Shown here in pieces: positions 29,987 to 39,119 of a DNA stretch of 64,000 nt. The notes under the pieces are model-generated. The model was not told the origin of the DNA. It did no database searches and saw only the letters and a program-made list of their open reading frames with translations. The translations under genes and the position numbers were made by a program. Positions within the stretch are counted from its first letter, which is position 1; the number at the start of each line of letters is the position of its first letter. Where the stretch lies: positions 248,001 to 312,000 of the IMG/VR virus record IMGVR_UViG_3300032334_002567. One strand, written 5' to 3'.

Positions 29987-30898
29987 ATGGGTAAGGCTAA
30001 GAAGGCGACTTTAAGTGAAGATGCAATTGAAGTTTTGAGTGGTCTTGGGGAGATTACTCGACTTGATAAAGATTTGAAAAAGCTAATTCGAACTTTGAAT
30101 CGTGATGAGGTTCGGTGCATTGTGAACTATTATTACAATGTGCAGGAGAACCGGATGAGGTCTTCTAAGCAGATTGATGCTGCCAGTAAGGCTGGTACTC
30201 CGCATGATCTGATGGTTTATCTGAATGCCCAAACTCAAGTTTTGGAAAATCAGATTGCTAAGGCTATGGATGAGTGGACTGAGGGGCATCCTGTAGCTAA
30301 GGCTTTGAAGGACAATGTTTATGGTATTGGCCCGATTATTTCAGCGGGTCTGGTTGCTCATTTTGATATTCGTCGGGCTGCTACTGCTGGTGCATTCTGG
30401 CGATATGCTGGTCTTGACCCCACATCTGAGTGGAACAAGGGTGAGAAGCGGCCTTGGAATGCAGCTTTGAAAACTTTGTGTTGGAAGGTCGGCCAGAGTT
30501 TCATGAAGTTCTCTAATGCTACTGATAAAGATACCGGGGCAGCTAAGTGCTTTTACGGTGATCTTTATCGTCAGAAGAAGGCTGAATTGGTTGCTAAGAA
30601 TCAGGGTGGTGGATTTAAGGGTCTGGCGGATAGTGTGTTGAAGGCTAAGAAGTTTCGTGATGTCGCAACTAAAGCAAAATATGAATCAGGGATGCTTCCT
30701 GATGGTCATATTGATGCTATGGCTCGTCGCTGGGCTGTGAAGCTGTTTCTGAGTAATCTGCATGAACTTTGGTGTGCAGCAGAGGGAATTCCGTGTCCTC
30801 GGCCTTATTCGATGGCGATTCAGGGCCATGCTCATTACATCATGCAGCCTGAACTGGCTGATTTGATTAATGTTTGGAAGAATGAAGCTAGGATTTAA
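29987..30898 (+). CDS. TasA-like Nop-domain RNA-binding protein (IS110/IS116 C-terminal fold, no nuclease domain)
   Basis: coiled-coil then YGIGPIISAGLVAHFDI.R..T.GAFWRYAGLDP...G.K..WN..LK..C, Y..LY...K, H....A.R.AVKLFL..L...W; no DEDD RuvC or HNH; dual-repeat arrays nearby. Confidence 0.82.
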   Translation: MGKAKKATLSEDAIEVLSGLGEITRLDKDLKKLIRTLNRDEVRCIVNYYYNVQENRMRSSKQIDAASKAGTPHDLMVYLNAQTQVLENQIAKAMDEWTEGHPVAKALKDNVYGIGPIISAGLVAHFDIRRAATAGAFWRYAGLDPTSEWNKGEKRPWNAALKTLCWKVGQSFMKFSNATDKDTGAAKCFYGDLYRQKKAELVAKNQGGGFKGLADSVLKAKKFRDVATKAKYESGMLPDGHIDAMARRWAVKLFLSNLHELWCAAEGIPCPRPYSMAIQGHAHYIMQPELADLINVWKNEARI

Positions 30899-31116
30899 TG
30901 AATAAAGAAAACGTCAAGTTGCTCCAATGCTTGATTGATAAAGTTGTTCTTGAGCAGGAATGTATCGAGCAGAGAATTAAGAATGGTACTGTCGAGGAAT
31001 CTGCCACAAATGATGAAGTTGTGGCTTTAGCAAAAGGTTTAATTGCTGATATTACACGGGTCAAAAGAATCATACATATGCTAGAAGATGTCAAAAGTAT
31101 GTGTAGATTAACTTAG
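30898..31116 (+). CDS. hypothetical protein translationally coupled to the TasA-like gene
   Basis: TAATG overlap. Confidence 0.6.
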   Translation: MNKENVKLLQCLIDKVVLEQECIEQRIKNGTVEESATNDEVVALAKGLIADITRVKRIIHMLEDVKSMCRLT

Positions 31117-31118
31117 AT

Positions 31119-31213
31119 TTGACGTAAGTTCTTTTGAATAAAGAACTTACGTCAACAGACTTTTTGCCATTTGACGTAAGTGCAGTCTAACAAACGACTT
31201 ACGTCAAATGGCT
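31119..31213. repeat. two tandem inverted repeats with TTGACGTAAGT/ACTTACGTCAA arms
   Basis: TTGACGTAAGTTCTTT-tgaat-AAAGAACTTACGTCAA and GCCATTTGACGTAAGT...ACTTACGTCAAATGGC. Confidence 0.85.
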
Positions 31214-31397
31214 GAAGTTTTGTGTTCGAGGTGATTTGTCATTGTTTTTTTACACCCAGGGCGATGGTATTTGTCATTGTTTTATGAACCCAATAATTTT
31301 TGGGTCGGTCTAATTTTAAAATAGATTGTGGTATACTTAGGGTCACATAAAAAAATTGTACCCTATGAATTTGTTGTCTACTTAAAAGGGAAAAAAG

Positions 31398-31577
31398 ATG
31401 GGACGTAGAACGCTAATTTTAACTTTGCTGGCTGTTGCTTTGGGAAGCACCGCAGTTTTTGCGGCGAATAAGGTCTATAAATACCGCTGCCCTAAGTGCA
31501 AGTTAATTCAAGAATATGAAATTCCCGGTTCAAAGAAATGTCCGAATGACGGACGAATGATGATTCGTGTAAATTAA
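31398..31577 (+). CDS. small exported Zn-ribbon-like protein (59 aa)
   Basis: signal-peptide-like N-terminus, CPKC and CPND motifs. Confidence 0.6.
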   Translation: MGRRTLILTLLAVALGSTAVFAANKVYKYRCPKCKLIQEYEIPGSKKCPNDGRMMIRVN

Positions 31578-31588
31578 GGGGCTTAATC

Positions 31589-31777
31589 ATGGAGGACAGT
31601 ATGGACGCTTCTCCTTTGTGGAGACTTCGGATTCCTGAATCTGAAATCAAAGAAATTATTGCTAAACATCTCAAGGAAGAAAAAGGATATTTCGTATATC
31701 CTGAGATGATTGATATTGTTCCTTTAACTAATTCAAAATATGAAATTTTAGTCAAAGCCGCCACCAAGATCGACTAA
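31589..31777 (+). CDS. hypothetical protein
   Basis: short ORF ending before a motif copy. Confidence 0.5.
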   Translation: MEDSMDASPLWRLRIPESEIKEIIAKHLKEEKGYFVYPEMIDIVPLTNSKYEILVKAATKID

Positions 31778-31829
31778 TTTTAAAATATCCATAAAAGAAT
31801 TGTACCCTATAGGTGCAAGGAGAACCCAC

Positions 31830-33173
31830 ATGCCAAGAGCGAAAAAGGTTACGAAGAACGAGCAAGAGATTGTTGATGCTGTCAAGCAGACTCTTGCATC
31901 TTTTAGTGTTTCAGAAGCGGAATACGTCGAGTTCAAGAAAGATATTGAGAACATTGGCTACCGCTATAGCTTGGAGTTCCCTTTTTGGGGAGTGCTGTCG
32001 GAGCGGTGTTCTTTTAGTCTGACTAAGCATCTTGTGCCGACTGCCGGTATTACCAAGACGGGCCATATTATTTTTAATGTGGACTTTGTGAAGGAACTGC
32101 GTGAGAAGCACGGCAAGCTGTATCATAAGAAGATGCTGTTTCTGATTGCACATGAGATTGCCCACTTTGCTTTTGAACACGCCGAGCGGCAGGGTCAGCG
32201 TGATGCCAAAATCTTCAATATTGCTGCTGACTATGCAATCAACCTGCTGTTGCACTACCAGTTCAATGGTAATAGCGATTACTTTATCGAAGGTGGTATG
32301 CTTGATACTTCGTATGACGGCATGAGTGCCGAGCAGATTTACGAACTTATCAAGGATAATTATAAAGGTCGTGGCCGAAGTGATGGTGGTGACGGTGGCG
32401 ACGGTATTGGTAACGATCTTCGTCCTGATCTTACGGAAGAAGATATTGCCAATGGTTCTGCTTCGGTTCGTGAGCGTCGGATTCCTCTTCCTGATCTTCG
32501 TGGGAAGAGTCCCGAGCAAGCGAGGAAGGAACTTGCAGACTGGATTGGTCGTGGAACGCAAGAGGCTTTTGCTGTTGCAAAGTCACAGGGCAAGTTGCCA
32601 TCTGATCTTGAGCGGGCTATTGCCAAGTTGCTCAAGCCACAGATTGACTGGCTGCGGGCTTTGAAGCAGAAGTTGCGTTTCGGTGTTAGCAGGACAGAGA
32701 AGCGGGACGTTACTTGGTCTGTACCTAACCGTCGTTTTCTTGGTGCTGATTTTATTATGCCAAGCAACGTCGGCCCGGATAAGCCCAAGATTGTTTATGC
32801 TATTGACACTAGCGGTAGCATGAGCGAAAGTGATTTGTCACAGGCTGTTAGTGAGTTGGAAGAAATCCGTGTCAAGTACGGTGCTAAGGTTTATATGCTT
32901 GATTGTGACGCTGATGTTCAATCAAGCCGTTGGATCGAACCGCATGAGCCGCTTCCTAAGTTGAAGGGTGGTGGTGGAACTGATTTTGTTCCAGTGTTCA
33001 ACCATCTGATTGAGAAGCGTATCAGGCCGGATTACTGCTGCTTCTTTACTGACGGTTATGGGAACTTCGGTGACGAAAAGCCACCGTTTGAAGTTCTCTG
33101 GGTCATGACGAGTCAGGTTGACCCGCCGTTTGGAGAAGTAGTCAGGGTGAATGTCCCGTATGAGGGGCAATAA
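31830..33173 (+). CDS. DUF2201-type metallopeptidase plus vWA domain protein
   Basis: HEIAH, NIAADYAIN, DTSGSM (MIDAS), GGGGTDF, FTDGYG. Confidence 0.88.
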   Translation: MPRAKKVTKNEQEIVDAVKQTLASFSVSEAEYVEFKKDIENIGYRYSLEFPFWGVLSERCSFSLTKHLVPTAGITKTGHIIFNVDFVKELREKHGKLYHKKMLFLIAHEIAHFAFEHAERQGQRDAKIFNIAADYAINLLLHYQFNGNSDYFIEGGMLDTSYDGMSAEQIYELIKDNYKGRGRSDGGDGGDGIGNDLRPDLTEEDIANGSASVRERRIPLPDLRGKSPEQARKELADWIGRGTQEAFAVAKSQGKLPSDLERAIAKLLKPQIDWLRALKQKLRFGVSRTEKRDVTWSVPNRRFLGADFIMPSNVGPDKPKIVYAIDTSGSMSESDLSQAVSELEEIRVKYGAKVYMLDCDADVQSSRWIEPHEPLPKLKGGGGTDFVPVFNHLIEKRIRPDYCCFFTDGYGNFGDEKPPFEVLWVMTSQVDPPFGEVVRVNVPYEGQ

Positions 33174-33209
33174 AAATTGTACCCTAAAGGTTTGTGAAGG
33201 AGATACCTT

Positions 33210-33596
33210 ATGGCTAAGAAAACTGCTAAGAAGAAGAAACCTGATCTCAGGGAGCTTTATATGCAGGCTTTCAGGGATAAGAAAAGACTTCCAGAGGATC
33301 AAGAAAAGTTGATGGCTAGTGATCCTGAGTTCGCTTATATGTATGCCAAGTATCTTCGTAAGCCTGCGGGCCTACCGAATAATGGTGCTTGGAGTGAAGA
33401 AGAGGAAACCATCTTCTTCAAAAGTCCTAAATGGGCTTATATGTATAGCCTGTTCGTCAGGAAGTCTGACGCTATATGCCGATATATGATGGCTAATGCC
33501 ATTGTTGATGTTGAAGATGATTGGACTAAGCGTTTCTTTGACTTTCACACGGGAGTTGATAAAATCCGTGAAGAGTTAGAGAAAGTCGGAAAATAA
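33210..33596 (+). CDS. phage helical-repeat family protein
   Basis: P..AYMYA repeats; C-terminal D.WTKRF resembling paralogs. Confidence 0.6.
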   Translation: MAKKTAKKKKPDLRELYMQAFRDKKRLPEDQEKLMASDPEFAYMYAKYLRKPAGLPNNGAWSEEEETIFFKSPKWAYMYSLFVRKSDAICRYMMANAIVDVEDDWTKRFFDFHTGVDKIREELEKVGK

Positions 33597-33652
33597 TTGT
33601 ACCCTATAAGTTTGTTCTCGGGGTTTGATTTTTAAACTAAGGAGTTGATTAA

Positions 33653-34732
33653 ATGGCTGAAAAGCTCTTGAGCAGTGCTAATGTCATCACCGGCAGTCTG
33701 GTGAATGAGATTCGTAAGTGCCGGTCTGTTAAGACGAGCAAGGGGAATGGTATCCCCATGTTTATTTATGGTTCGCCTGGTGTGGGCAAGTCAGAGCAGG
33801 TTCATCAGGCTTGTGAGGCCGATGAAACCATGATCGACCTGCGGCTGAATACTCTTGATTCTATTGACCTTCGTGGTCTGCCTGTGGTGAAGAAGGACGA
33901 TAAGGGCAACCCGACTCAGGTGGAGTGGGTTCGTCCTGAGTTTATCCCGTGGAATGGCAAGGGCATTTTGTTCCTTGACGAGATGAACACGGCTGCACCG
34001 TCTGTGCAGAATCCTGCCCTTCAACTGGTGCTTGACCGTAAGGTTGGTTCGCATCATCTTGGGCCGGATTGGTACATCGTTGCGGCTGGCAACAAGGCTG
34101 ATGATCGGGCGCATACCCATCCTCTGTCTGCTGCTCTGCGTCAGCGGTTTGCCATCTATCACTATGAGCCGGATAAGGATACTTGGAGCAACTGGGCGGT
34201 CAAGAACAACATTCACCCGAACGTCATCGGGTTTATTAGTTTCAAGCCCGACCTGTTGATCCAGCCGCCTCTGGATGATGAGGGTGCTAACCCGAGTCCC
34301 CGTAGCTGGTATTACGTTTCGCAGCGGCTTTATGCCGACCAGTGCGAAACCAGTGATATTCGTGCGATGGTGGGTAGTGCTGCTAACGAGTTCATGGCTT
34401 ATCAGGCTGTCTGTGCCAAGATTCCGAACATTTCGGAAATTATCAATGGTAAGACTACGTTCAAGGAAGATAACAAGAACGTAACCATGAGCTATGCTGT
34501 CAGCACGGCGTTGTCGATTCATCTGCTTCGGTCAAAGTATACGACCGAGCATGTGAATAACTGCTTCAAGGGTGCTATCAACAACATGGCCGGTGAGCCG
34601 AGCATGGTGTTTATGCGGCAGTGCTTGATTCAGGGTGATGAGAAGATGAAGGCCGTCATCATCTCTTGCGACGAAGGCAAGAAGTGGTTCGACAAGCACG
34701 GCGAACATCTCCAGAAGGCTGTCAACTTCTAA
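33653..34732 (+). CDS. MoxR-like AAA+ ATPase
   Basis: GSPGVGKS, DLRGLP, LFLDEMN, AAGN, L.AALRQRF, PSPRSW. Confidence 0.9.
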   Translation: MAEKLLSSANVITGSLVNEIRKCRSVKTSKGNGIPMFIYGSPGVGKSEQVHQACEADETMIDLRLNTLDSIDLRGLPVVKKDDKGNPTQVEWVRPEFIPWNGKGILFLDEMNTAAPSVQNPALQLVLDRKVGSHHLGPDWYIVAAGNKADDRAHTHPLSAALRQRFAIYHYEPDKDTWSNWAVKNNIHPNVIGFISFKPDLLIQPPLDDEGANPSPRSWYYVSQRLYADQCETSDIRAMVGSAANEFMAYQAVCAKIPNISEIINGKTTFKEDNKNVTMSYAVSTALSIHLLRSKYTTEHVNNCFKGAINNMAGEPSMVFMRQCLIQGDEKMKAVIISCDEGKKWFDKHGEHLQKAVNF

Positions 34733-34747
34733 TAGCCCCCGAGAACC

Positions 34748-34791
34748 ACCGGCCCCAGATGAATAGTCTGGGGCCGGTGATGGGCTTTTCT
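34748..34791 (+). terminator. GC-rich hairpin/terminator; near-duplicate at 55398
   Basis: CACCGGCCCCAGA-tgaatag-TCTGGGGCCGGTG then GGGCTTTTCT. Confidence 0.6.
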
Positions 34792-34806
34792 AACAAGGGA
34801 CATATA

Positions 34807-35043
34807 ATGAAAAATAATATAACTTTTCCTGCGTTGATTACCGCCAACGATTATCATGAGTTTGATTACATTGCTAATGCCTTGAGGCAGTTCAAGGTGA
34901 AGTGTAGGTTCAAAGAAGTTGGGTTTGCTGACAGGGGCTACATGGCTGTTTTTTATGACACCAAAATGAGTGACCCCAAAGTTGTGAAACTGGTTTCTTT
35001 GGCTGAAAAGAAAGTAAAGGAGTTCGATAGCTTTTATGTCTAA
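34807..35043 (+). CDS. hypothetical protein
   Basis: AAGGGA RBS before ATG 34807. Confidence 0.6.
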   Translation: MKNNITFPALITANDYHEFDYIANALRQFKVKCRFKEVGFADRGYMAVFYDTKMSDPKVVKLVSLAEKKVKEFDSFYV

Positions 35044-35311
35044 GAAAAAACCCAAAAAGAAGAAGGTAAAAGTTTGGACTCCCGAGGAGCAGATGGCTGA
35101 TCTGAGGGAAAGGTATGGTCACGATTCTAACTGGGTGGAATTAAACCTGCCGTTGACACATCACGAAGTCACAAGTTACTTCGGCCCAGAGTGTAAAGAA
35201 TACGAACCTACTTGTGGCTGTTGCCGAGCTTGGGTTGAATGGCATACCAAAAGTCAAAAGGTAACTGTTACACTAGAGAGACATCAAATTATCAAAGCAC
35301 TTTTGGAGTAA
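35036..35311 (+). CDS. hypothetical protein
   Basis: FG..C.EY...C.CC.AW Cys motif. Confidence 0.65.
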   Translation: MSKKKPKKKKVKVWTPEEQMADLRERYGHDSNWVELNLPLTHHEVTSYFGPECKEYEPTCGCCRAWVEWHTKSQKVTVTLERHQIIKALLE

Positions 35312-35318
35312 GGCAATA

Positions 35319-35789
35319 ATGGCTAAGAAGAAGTCTAAAAAGAAGATTGCTAGAGATCCAAATTATTGCATTGTCTGTGGTTCATCAGAAGGTGATGATG
35401 ATGTTCCCGGTACAAAAGTCGAGGTTAGGAAAGGACTTAATTTCGGAGATAATGAACCTGTTTACATCTGTAAACCTTGTGACGGATTCTTTCAGCCAGT
35501 ATCAGACTACACTAACAAGCAGATTGTTGAACTCTATAAAAATGAACCCGTTTTAAGACTTTATACAAGGGCAATGCGTTTGGCATCTCTTTCTTCTATG
35601 CGTGCTCCTGAGTGTATTCTTACAAATGAGGTTATGCAAAGCGTCAGAAGTCTTGTCCATCATATGAATGCTTATGAAGATATTAAAAGAGCTCTATTTG
35701 AAACCAATGTGCCAATTTTTTCTGACACGCAGTTGGTAGATTTAATTGTTGCAGCAGAACTTGCTTTGGGTAAAAAGAAAAGAACATGA
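35319..35789 (+). CDS. Zn-finger hypothetical protein
   Basis: CIVC...ICKPC. Confidence 0.65.
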   Translation: MAKKKSKKKIARDPNYCIVCGSSEGDDDVPGTKVEVRKGLNFGDNEPVYICKPCDGFFQPVSDYTNKQIVELYKNEPVLRLYTRAMRLASLSSMRAPECILTNEVMQSVRSLVHHMNAYEDIKRALFETNVPIFSDTQLVDLIVAAELALGKKKRT

Positions 35790-35798
35790 GGATTCTTC

Positions 35799-36122
35799 AT
35801 GGTATTTCTGGGGGCCGAGTACGATATTGTGTATATGGATGATAGCAAGGTATATTTGATTGACTTGAATTTGGGCGCCAAATCAATAACAAATGATGCC
35901 GAGCGGGTTTATGAGGAGATTCAAAAGAAATTCCCCGGCAAAAGACTCATATACAGAGATAGCATGGGGCAATGGGATGAAATTGTTTTATTAGAGCAGT
36001 ATTTATATGACCAATCCACGTCACCAGAGCATTGGCTATGTCATCAATCTATAGACTTCAAACCTTATAAGGGAGAAATCCCAGACGTATCAGGAAGAGT
36101 TAAAAACCATGAAGAATCCTGA
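35799..36122 (+). CDS. hypothetical phage protein
   Basis: DL..G..SITNDAE.V.......R.IYRDS.G.WDEI. Confidence 0.7.
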   Translation: MVFLGAEYDIVYMDDSKVYLIDLNLGAKSITNDAERVYEEIQKKFPGKRLIYRDSMGQWDEIVLLEQYLYDQSTSPEHWLCHQSIDFKPYKGEIPDVSGRVKNHEES

Positions 36123-36534
36123 AGACTATGTATTTCTTAAAATTAGTGAGGAATATGGATTTCAAAGTTGGTATGCTTTTCTTACCAATGAGGAGTTTGA
36201 AGAAGCAAAAAGGCGCTGGCAGACAATAAAAGGTTTGAATTGTCTGGTTCCAGTGCAATTTATTTTCCCCCAAGCCAAAATGTATGACAGAGGGGTAGAA
36301 CGCTGGAATCTACGTTTTACGGACGAGAGATTTCAGCCTGAAGATTATGAATTCGAAAACATTTGGGGCCAAATAGCAATAGTTTGTGCCCATGTCCACC
36401 AGTCAGATGACAGCTACCTTGATTGTGTGGAATATGAAATTCCTGAATCTGATTATTTCGAAATGGACGGAAAAATATATTCCGATAGTGATATTACGAC
36501 GATTAGAGATGGCATTTTAAAAAATCTAGAATAA
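36109..36534 (+). CDS. hypothetical protein
   Basis: 141-aa ORF in the operon. Confidence 0.65.
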   Translation: MKNPEDYVFLKISEEYGFQSWYAFLTNEEFEEAKRRWQTIKGLNCLVPVQFIFPQAKMYDRGVERWNLRFTDERFQPEDYEFENIWGQIAIVCAHVHQSDDSYLDCVEYEIPESDYFEMDGKIYSDSDITTIRDGILKNLE

Positions 36535-36552
36535 TGCTATAATGATTTGTAT

Positions 36553-36624
36553 GCCCCGTTAGTCTAGAAGTTAGGACGCGGCCCTTTCAAGGCCGAGACG
36601 CCGGAGCGTTACCGGCACGGGGTA
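36553..36624 (+). tRNA. tRNA-Glu(UUC), atypical T-loop
   Basis: GCCCCGT/ACGGGGT acceptor, CGGCC-CTTTCAA-GGCCG anticodon arm, GCCGG-AGCGTTA-CCGGC T arm; TGCTATAAT upstream. Confidence 0.8.
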
Positions 36625-36839
36625 TTTTGAGTATTTAGAACATTTTTTTCATGGCTTAAATTGGGGTTCAATTTGGAATTAGATTATGAATTCATTGTCA
36701 AATTCCTGATGAATGTGAAAGAGAATCGTAGAGTATTCCCGTTGAATAAGGCATTTGAAGAAACAGCGAAAGTTTTTAAAATGACTCCTGAAGAGGCGGA
36801 GAGAAAATACGTTGAATTGAAAGATTTGCTTTAGGTCAC

Positions 36840-36910
36840 TCCGGGATGGTGAAACGGTATCACAAAGGATTTTGGTTCCTTTTTTCTACGTTCGAATCGT
36901 AGTCCCGGAA
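36840..36910 (+). tRNA. tRNA-Gln(UUG)
   Basis: TCCGGGA/TCCCGGA acceptor, AAGGA-TTTTGGT-TCCTT, CTACG-TTCGAAT-CGTAG. Confidence 0.9.
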
Positions 36911-36979
36911 TTTAAAATTAGAATTATGCTTATTAATTGTACCCTAGAGCTATGTGCTAAAAGCTAAGGAGAAACTATT

Positions 36980-37555
36980 GTGGACGACGACGTAATTGTG
37001 AAATTCAATGTTGAACCAATTGGAAATAATGATCACTACAACGAAATCCGAGCCCACATATTCCTTTCTGATGAAGATTGCATAAGGACTAAAATTGGAT
37101 TTGCCGAACTTGTGCAGTTTAATTTTTCAAACGCACTCAACGAAAATCATGGATGGATCAGTCTGATTGACGAGGTGGATGATGATATTTTAGCCCTATT
37201 CGAACCGCTAGTAGCCACGCAAAAAGAATTTACAGATGAATTTATAGACATTCTTGTTGATGAACTAGAGGACCCAAAGTCTGTAATTGCAATCCAAAGA
37301 CTCTTCATCAAGAAAGAATACAGAGGGAGAAGGCTTCTCAAACACATACTGAGGGCGATCAGAAAGTTCAACTATTGCCCAATAGCCTTGTCTCCCGTGC
37401 CTTTGCAACACGCCACAGGAGATTCAAATAAGAAACTGATGGGTTGTGAAGGAAAAAAGAAAGAAACCAAAAGAGATTTCAAGAAACTTATTAATTATTA
37501 TGAGAAAAATGGATTTAAGAGAGTAGGAAAATCCAAAACTTGGGTTTTGATATGA
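36980..37555 (+). CDS. GNAT-like acetyltransferase
   Basis: I.RLFIKKEYRGRRL (motif A-like) and LINYYEKNGFK (motif B). Confidence 0.7.
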   Translation: MDDDVIVKFNVEPIGNNDHYNEIRAHIFLSDEDCIRTKIGFAELVQFNFSNALNENHGWISLIDEVDDDILALFEPLVATQKEFTDEFIDILVDELEDPKSVIAIQRLFIKKEYRGRRLLKHILRAIRKFNYCPIALSPVPLQHATGDSNKKLMGCEGKKKETKRDFKKLINYYEKNGFKRVGKSKTWVLI

Positions 37556-37593
37556 TAGAGAATATGCGTTTTTAAAATCAGGAGTTCTAAATT

Positions 37594-37782
37594 GTGAAGT
37601 ATAAATTGAAGGGTTTTTGTGAAACTTGCTCCCAGAACACATGGGTCAGAAGCGACAGTATGCAGGGAGTAGTCTGTAAGAATTGTGACGAGCCAGTTCT
37701 AAAGTTCAAAAACCAAAAGACCGAATATCAGGTAGAAACTTATTCTCAGGAACTTTATCCAAAAAGACGTAGGGCCGTATAA
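37594..37782 (+). CDS. Zn-ribbon small protein
   Basis: CETC...CKNC; AGGAG RBS. Confidence 0.6.
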   Translation: MKYKLKGFCETCSQNTWVRSDSMQGVVCKNCDEPVLKFKNQKTEYQVETYSQELYPKRRRAV

Positions 37783-37892
37783 TGACTTATGTTTTTTGGA
37801 TAATTGCTTTTTTATGTATGGGACTTATTTGGTACATTAAAAGTAATGAGTAAATGATTTGAACAGTTCTTGATACAAGGAGGTATCAAGCC

Positions 37893-38123
37893 ATGAAAAC
37901 CAATAAAGGCAAAGGAGTTGCTTCTGTGGTTGGATTTGTGACTGCGTTGTTGACGTTTTTTGCAGTTGTGCTTCAGGGAGTTCAGCAATATCAAAAAGAA
38001 CATCCTGTGGTAGAACAAAAGCAAGTTCAGAGTATTCAACAACCTTATTACTGGTATGATCAAAGAACAAACCAGTGGTTCTGCTGTGCTAATAATCAGG
38101 TTTATGTTTGGAGACAAAGATGA
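37893..38123 (+). CDS. small membrane-anchored protein
   Basis: AGGAGG RBS; one TM segment. Confidence 0.65.
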   Translation: MKTNKGKGVASVVGFVTALLTFFAVVLQGVQQYQKEHPVVEQKQVQSIQQPYYWYDQRTNQWFCCANNQVYVWRQR

Positions 38124-38725
38124 TTTCAACGGATGAATTTGAAAAAGCTGTAGCAGGAAAGTTCTCCCAGATTTGTGAAAGTGGGTTCAAGGACTTTGAA
38201 CCTGTATACGACAAGGTTTGTGAAAGTTTCGGCACTAGCCTTATTGGGCTTGGAGCTGATCCAACCACTTATCAATTTGTTGTGAATGATAACAATATCA
38301 GCTATTACGCAGAGATTTTCATTACTGAAGTAGCTCACAACTTATTGAACATCTTTAGAAAGTTTCACGAGAATCAGCACAATGAAATTGTTTGTGAAAC
38401 AGATCTAGAAATCTTTTTGCTTGGTATGGTTCTGGGCAACACTATTGATAAAGAAGGTCAGGTCGGAGCAGGACTTCCCAGAATTATGAGGAGCAATGAG
38501 ATTTTTAATACTGGTTTAGAATACATCAGCAGAGAACAAGTTCAAAGTTTGATTAGACATAAGGCTCAAGGAACTCTCACTAAAGAAAATATCCTTGAGA
38601 TTTGGAATGAAACATTTCAAATTATGTTTGATGGTCTTTTGAGTAGATGTTCTGCCAAAGGTGAGCTAGAATGTGCTTTTGATGACGAGAAAAATAAGTT
38701 TGTTCACTGGATTGACCCAAAATAA
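38120..38725 (+). CDS. hypothetical protein
   Basis: ATGA overlap; stop lies within the TTGTACCCT element flank. Confidence 0.7.
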   Translation: MISTDEFEKAVAGKFSQICESGFKDFEPVYDKVCESFGTSLIGLGADPTTYQFVVNDNNISYYAEIFITEVAHNLLNIFRKFHENQHNEIVCETDLEIFLLGMVLGNTIDKEGQVGAGLPRIMRSNEIFNTGLEYISREQVQSLIRHKAQGTLTKENILEIWNETFQIMFDGLLSRCSAKGELECAFDDEKNKFVHWIDPK

Positions 38726-38757
38726 TTGTACCCTAATCGTTTAAGGAGAATCGAAAA

Positions 38758-39054
38758 ATGAACATTCCTGCTCAGTCTCTTATTCATTATGTTCGTGAAA
38801 AGAATGGCACCCCCCGTGGTGTTCTGGTTGCTGTGAAGATGGATTCATCGGAATTTGGGGCGTTGGGTCAGGGGCGTTTTATTGGTTGGTCTTATTGCCG
38901 TAAGACTGACCGCTTTACCAAGGAAAGAGCAATTGATATTGCTGTTGGACGGGCTATGGCTGGTACGTCTCTTGATGATGGTCAAATGCCCCATCAGTTA
39001 AGCCGACACTTGCCCGTTTTTATTGAACGGTGCAGGAAGTATTATAAAGTTTGA
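38758..39054 (+). CDS. hypothetical phage protein
   Basis: GWS.C.K.D.F.K.....IA.GRA motif common in phage small proteins. Confidence 0.7.
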   Translation: MNIPAQSLIHYVREKNGTPRGVLVAVKMDSSEFGALGQGRFIGWSYCRKTDRFTKERAIDIAVGRAMAGTSLDDGQMPHQLSRHLPVFIERCRKYYKV

Positions 39055-39119
39055 TTTAGCAGACGGTAGCCCAGATAAGAACCGATATATCGGACGTTAA
39101 CCCAGATAAGGACTCATAT

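Noticed and set aside
29987-30898. Active IS110 transposase / insertion sequence
   Set aside because: No DEDD RuvC domain or catalytic-serine motif, and it is embedded in a phage operon.
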